Shown piece by piece: positions 23,827 through 25,835 of a stretch of DNA of 25,835 nt. The notes under the pieces were generated by a model. It saw nothing but the letters and a program-made list of their open reading frames with translations. It made no database searches and was not told the origin of the DNA. The stretch lies in IMG/VR virus record IMGVR_UViG_3300026210_000276, positions 1-25,835 of that record; one strand, written 5' to 3'. Numbering within the stretch: position 1 is the stretch's first letter; each line of letters starts with the position of its first letter. The translations under genes were made by a program, and so were the position numbers. Origin of the DNA: a virus (taxonomy: Duplodnaviria; Caudoviricetes).

Positions 23827-24934
23827 CGACGATTGCCTTGACCGGATGCAGAAAATGATTGACGAAGGGGTTCAAGTGGACTCCATCGTAACAGACCCAC
23901 CGTATCACCTCCAGTCTATAGTGGATAGGTTCAAGAATACTTCGCCCGAAGATGATACCTATACATCTGAGAAAGTGAGGAATAAGTCAGATGGATATTC
24001 TAGATTAGTCGGCACAGGATTTATGGGCCAGGAATGGGACGGTGGAGACATCGCATTTCGCAGAGAGACTTGGGAACTTGCATTGAAACTCTTGAAACCG
24101 GGTGGTCATCTGCTTGCGTTTTCTGCTTCCCGTAACTACCACAGAATGGCAGTTGCAGTAGAGGACGCAGGGTTTGAGATACGGGACCAGATTATATGGC
24201 TGTATGGAAGTGGATTTCCCAAGTCACACAATCTTGGTGATGGATGGGGAACTGCTCTCAAGCCCGCACATGAACCGATTGTGATGGCAAGAAAGTTTAT
24301 TGAAGGAACAAATAAAAATAACAGAGAGAAATATGGAACAGGTGGCATTAACATTGATGGATGTAGAGTAGGATTATCTAAAGATGATGATCCAAGACTA
24401 GGCGGTAAAGGAACTTGGAAAACTGATAAGATGGCAAAGGATGTTTTTGTTGGTGGATATACTGGTGTAGATATAAGGTCAAGCGAATTAGGCAGATTCC
24501 CTGCCAATGTAATGCATGATGGAAGTGATGTTATAAGTGATGAAATGATAGGATATGGAAATGGGAGTTCTGCATCAAGATATTTCTACTGTCCGAAGGT
24601 ATCAAGAAAAGAACGGGATGGTGGACTGGATGACATGAAAGATGGTAAACCTGTCCGTTGGAATAAAGCCGGTGAATGGACGAATGATACGACACCCGCA
24701 AAGAACACACACCCCACCGTTAAACCAGTCGAGTTGATGAAATACCTGTGTCGCCTTGTGACACCAGAGGGTGGTACAGTCCTTGACCCATTCATGGGTT
24801 CTGGTTCCACTGGGATGGCTGCAAAGAGTGAAGGATTTGAGTTTATCGGGATTGAGAAGGAAGAAGAATACTATAAGGTAGCAGACAAGAGAATCAAAAA
24901 CGCTCCGCTACCTGAGCAAACACTACCCATGTAA
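23813..24934 (+). CDS. Orphan N4-C/N6-A DNA methyltransferase (beta class)
   Basis: SIVTDPPY (catalytic) precedes HPTVKP and VLDPFMGSGSTG (SAM binding); GFPKS, LKPAHEPI; no cognate endonuclease adjacent. Confidence 0.92.
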   Translation: MKLYNDDCLDRMQKMIDEGVQVDSIVTDPPYHLQSIVDRFKNTSPEDDTYTSEKVRNKSDGYSRLVGTGFMGQEWDGGDIAFRRETWELALKLLKPGGHLLAFSASRNYHRMAVAVEDAGFEIRDQIIWLYGSGFPKSHNLGDGWGTALKPAHEPIVMARKFIEGTNKNNREKYGTGGINIDGCRVGLSKDDDPRLGGKGTWKTDKMAKDVFVGGYTGVDIRSSELGRFPANVMHDGSDVISDEMIGYGNGSSASRYFYCPKVSRKERDGGLDDMKDGKPVRWNKAGEWTNDTTPAKNTHPTVKPVELMKYLCRLVTPEGGTVLDPFMGSGSTGMAAKSEGFEFIGIEKEEEYYKVADKRIKNAPLPEQTLPM

Positions 24935-24948
24935 CAGACGTAAACACG

Positions 24949-25119
24949 ATGAAAAAATACAAAGACCTCAGAAAGAAATTACAAAAAGAAGAAGACGAGT
25001 GGGGTTCTAAGAAGAAGCCTAAAGTGGATCCGTATAAGAGGAAACCCTTCAACATCAAGGATTACCTGAACCTCCTAGAGTATGAGGATGAGGATGTGGA
25101 TGATGACAACTTTGAATAA
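24949..25119 (+). CDS. Small bipolar-charged protein (56 aa; below ORF-track cutoff)
   Basis: MKKYKDLRKKLQKEEDEWGSKKKPKVDPYKRKPFNIKDYLNLLEYEDEDVDDDNFE* fills the gap. Confidence 0.6.
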   Translation: MKKYKDLRKKLQKEEDEWGSKKKPKVDPYKRKPFNIKDYLNLLEYEDEDVDDDNFE

Positions 25120-25714
25120 TGTAGCCTTCATAATCGGTAATGGTAGGACCAGAGAGGGGTTCGATTTGAACCTATTGGTTGGTCATGGTACCATCTATGG
25201 TTGCAATGCCCTCTACCGTGATTTTAAACCACCGTACATTGTCCCAGATTTTCTGGTGTCTATTGATGACCCCATCATAGCAGAAATCGAGAAATCTGAT
25301 TTCCCCCAAGACCGGTTTATTGTACCCCCTAAAGATGAACAGTATGAACCTGCTGAGTTTAACCCTGGTCAACCTCGGTCAAACGCTGGAATGAACGCAA
25401 TGATGGAAGCAATCAAAGCGGACCATGATGTATTGTATTGTTTTGGGTTTGATTTCCTGTTGAAAAGTGAGGTTTGTTTGGATAACCTCTACAAAGACAC
25501 AAATGCGTATGGACCTGATACTGCAACTTCCTATGCAGATTCCTTCAGGAGAGTAAGGTATTTTGAGTGGTTTGCGAATAAACACCCGGATGTGAGTTTT
25601 AAGATGGTTTTCCCCAATGGTAATTACCCATTCCATAGTATGAAAACCAAAAATGTCATAGGAATCAACTTCGGCATAATAGAGGACAAAATTCACACAT
25701 TAAATGCAAAATAA
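25100..25714 (+). CDS. Putative Maf/sialyltransferase-like fold protein
   Basis: AFIIGNG..R, YGCNALYRDF, PDFLVSID, SNAG..A, YCFGFDF, NLYKDT..Y. Start at ATG 25100 or 25103 after a GAGGA SD. Confidence 0.6.
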   Translation: MMTTLNNVAFIIGNGRTREGFDLNLLVGHGTIYGCNALYRDFKPPYIVPDFLVSIDDPIIAEIEKSDFPQDRFIVPPKDEQYEPAEFNPGQPRSNAGMNAMMEAIKADHDVLYCFGFDFLLKSEVCLDNLYKDTNAYGPDTATSYADSFRRVRYFEWFANKHPDVSFKMVFPNGNYPFHSMKTKNVIGINFGIIEDKIHTLNAK

Positions 25715-25717
25715 CGC

Positions 25718-25745
25718 TTGCCAAGGTCCTCCAATATGTTATTAT
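25718..25745 (+). promoter_or_regulatory. Extended -10 promoter
   Basis: TTGCCA (25718-23), 16 nt spacer, TATTAT (25740-45) preceded by TGt; same architecture as the 15605 promoter. Confidence 0.6.
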
Positions 25746-25754
25746 GGTGGTGTA

Positions 25755-25835
25755 ATGATGAGAAATCCTTTGATCTTTTTTGCAGAAGAAGCCAAACGCC
25801 GCGGCTACACTATCAAGGTTGTTGGCGATTATTCC
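25755..25835 (+). CDS. Partial hypothetical protein (runs off the window end)
   Basis: MMRNPLIFFAEEAKRRGYTIKVVGDYS... is open to the end of the window, just downstream of a promoter. Confidence 0.5.
   Translation, partial: MMRNPLIFFAEEAKRRGYTIKVVGDYS

Noticed and set aside
23813-24934. Complete restriction-modification system
   Set aside because: No adjacent endonuclease is recognisable; the flanks are DUF488 and a small peptide.

Overview
A 25.8 kb segment of a T4-like (myovirus-type) phage genome, almost all on the + strand. T4-type markers are a gp61-like primase, an RNase H/5'-3' exonuclease, dCMP deaminase and TATAAATA late promoters. Nucleotide and DNA-modification genes include a class II (B12-dependent) ribonucleotide reductase, a nucleoside deoxyribosyltransferase-like protein, a Mom-like enzyme and an N4/N6 DNA methyltransferase. 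Three tRNAs are present (Gly-UCC, Thr-UGU, Glu-UUC). The most notable block is a ~10 kb glycan-synthesis cluster (4162-14019). It holds an apparent GDP-colitose module (ColD-type dehydratase with His in place of the PLP lysine, a ColC/Fcl-type reductase and a GT11-like transferase), a KpsS/GT107-like transferase, three further glycosyltransferases, two SAM methyltransferases and a PhyH-like 2OG-Fe(II) oxygenase. Other oddities: a ~60 bp, ~90% GC run of tandem perfect palindromes at 16478-16537, apparent strong GATC avoidance, an AT-rich Mom-like gene that seems to split a small ORF, two structurally irregular tRNAs, and overlapping face-to-face early and late promoters. All calls rest on motifs recognised by eye; no database searches were run.
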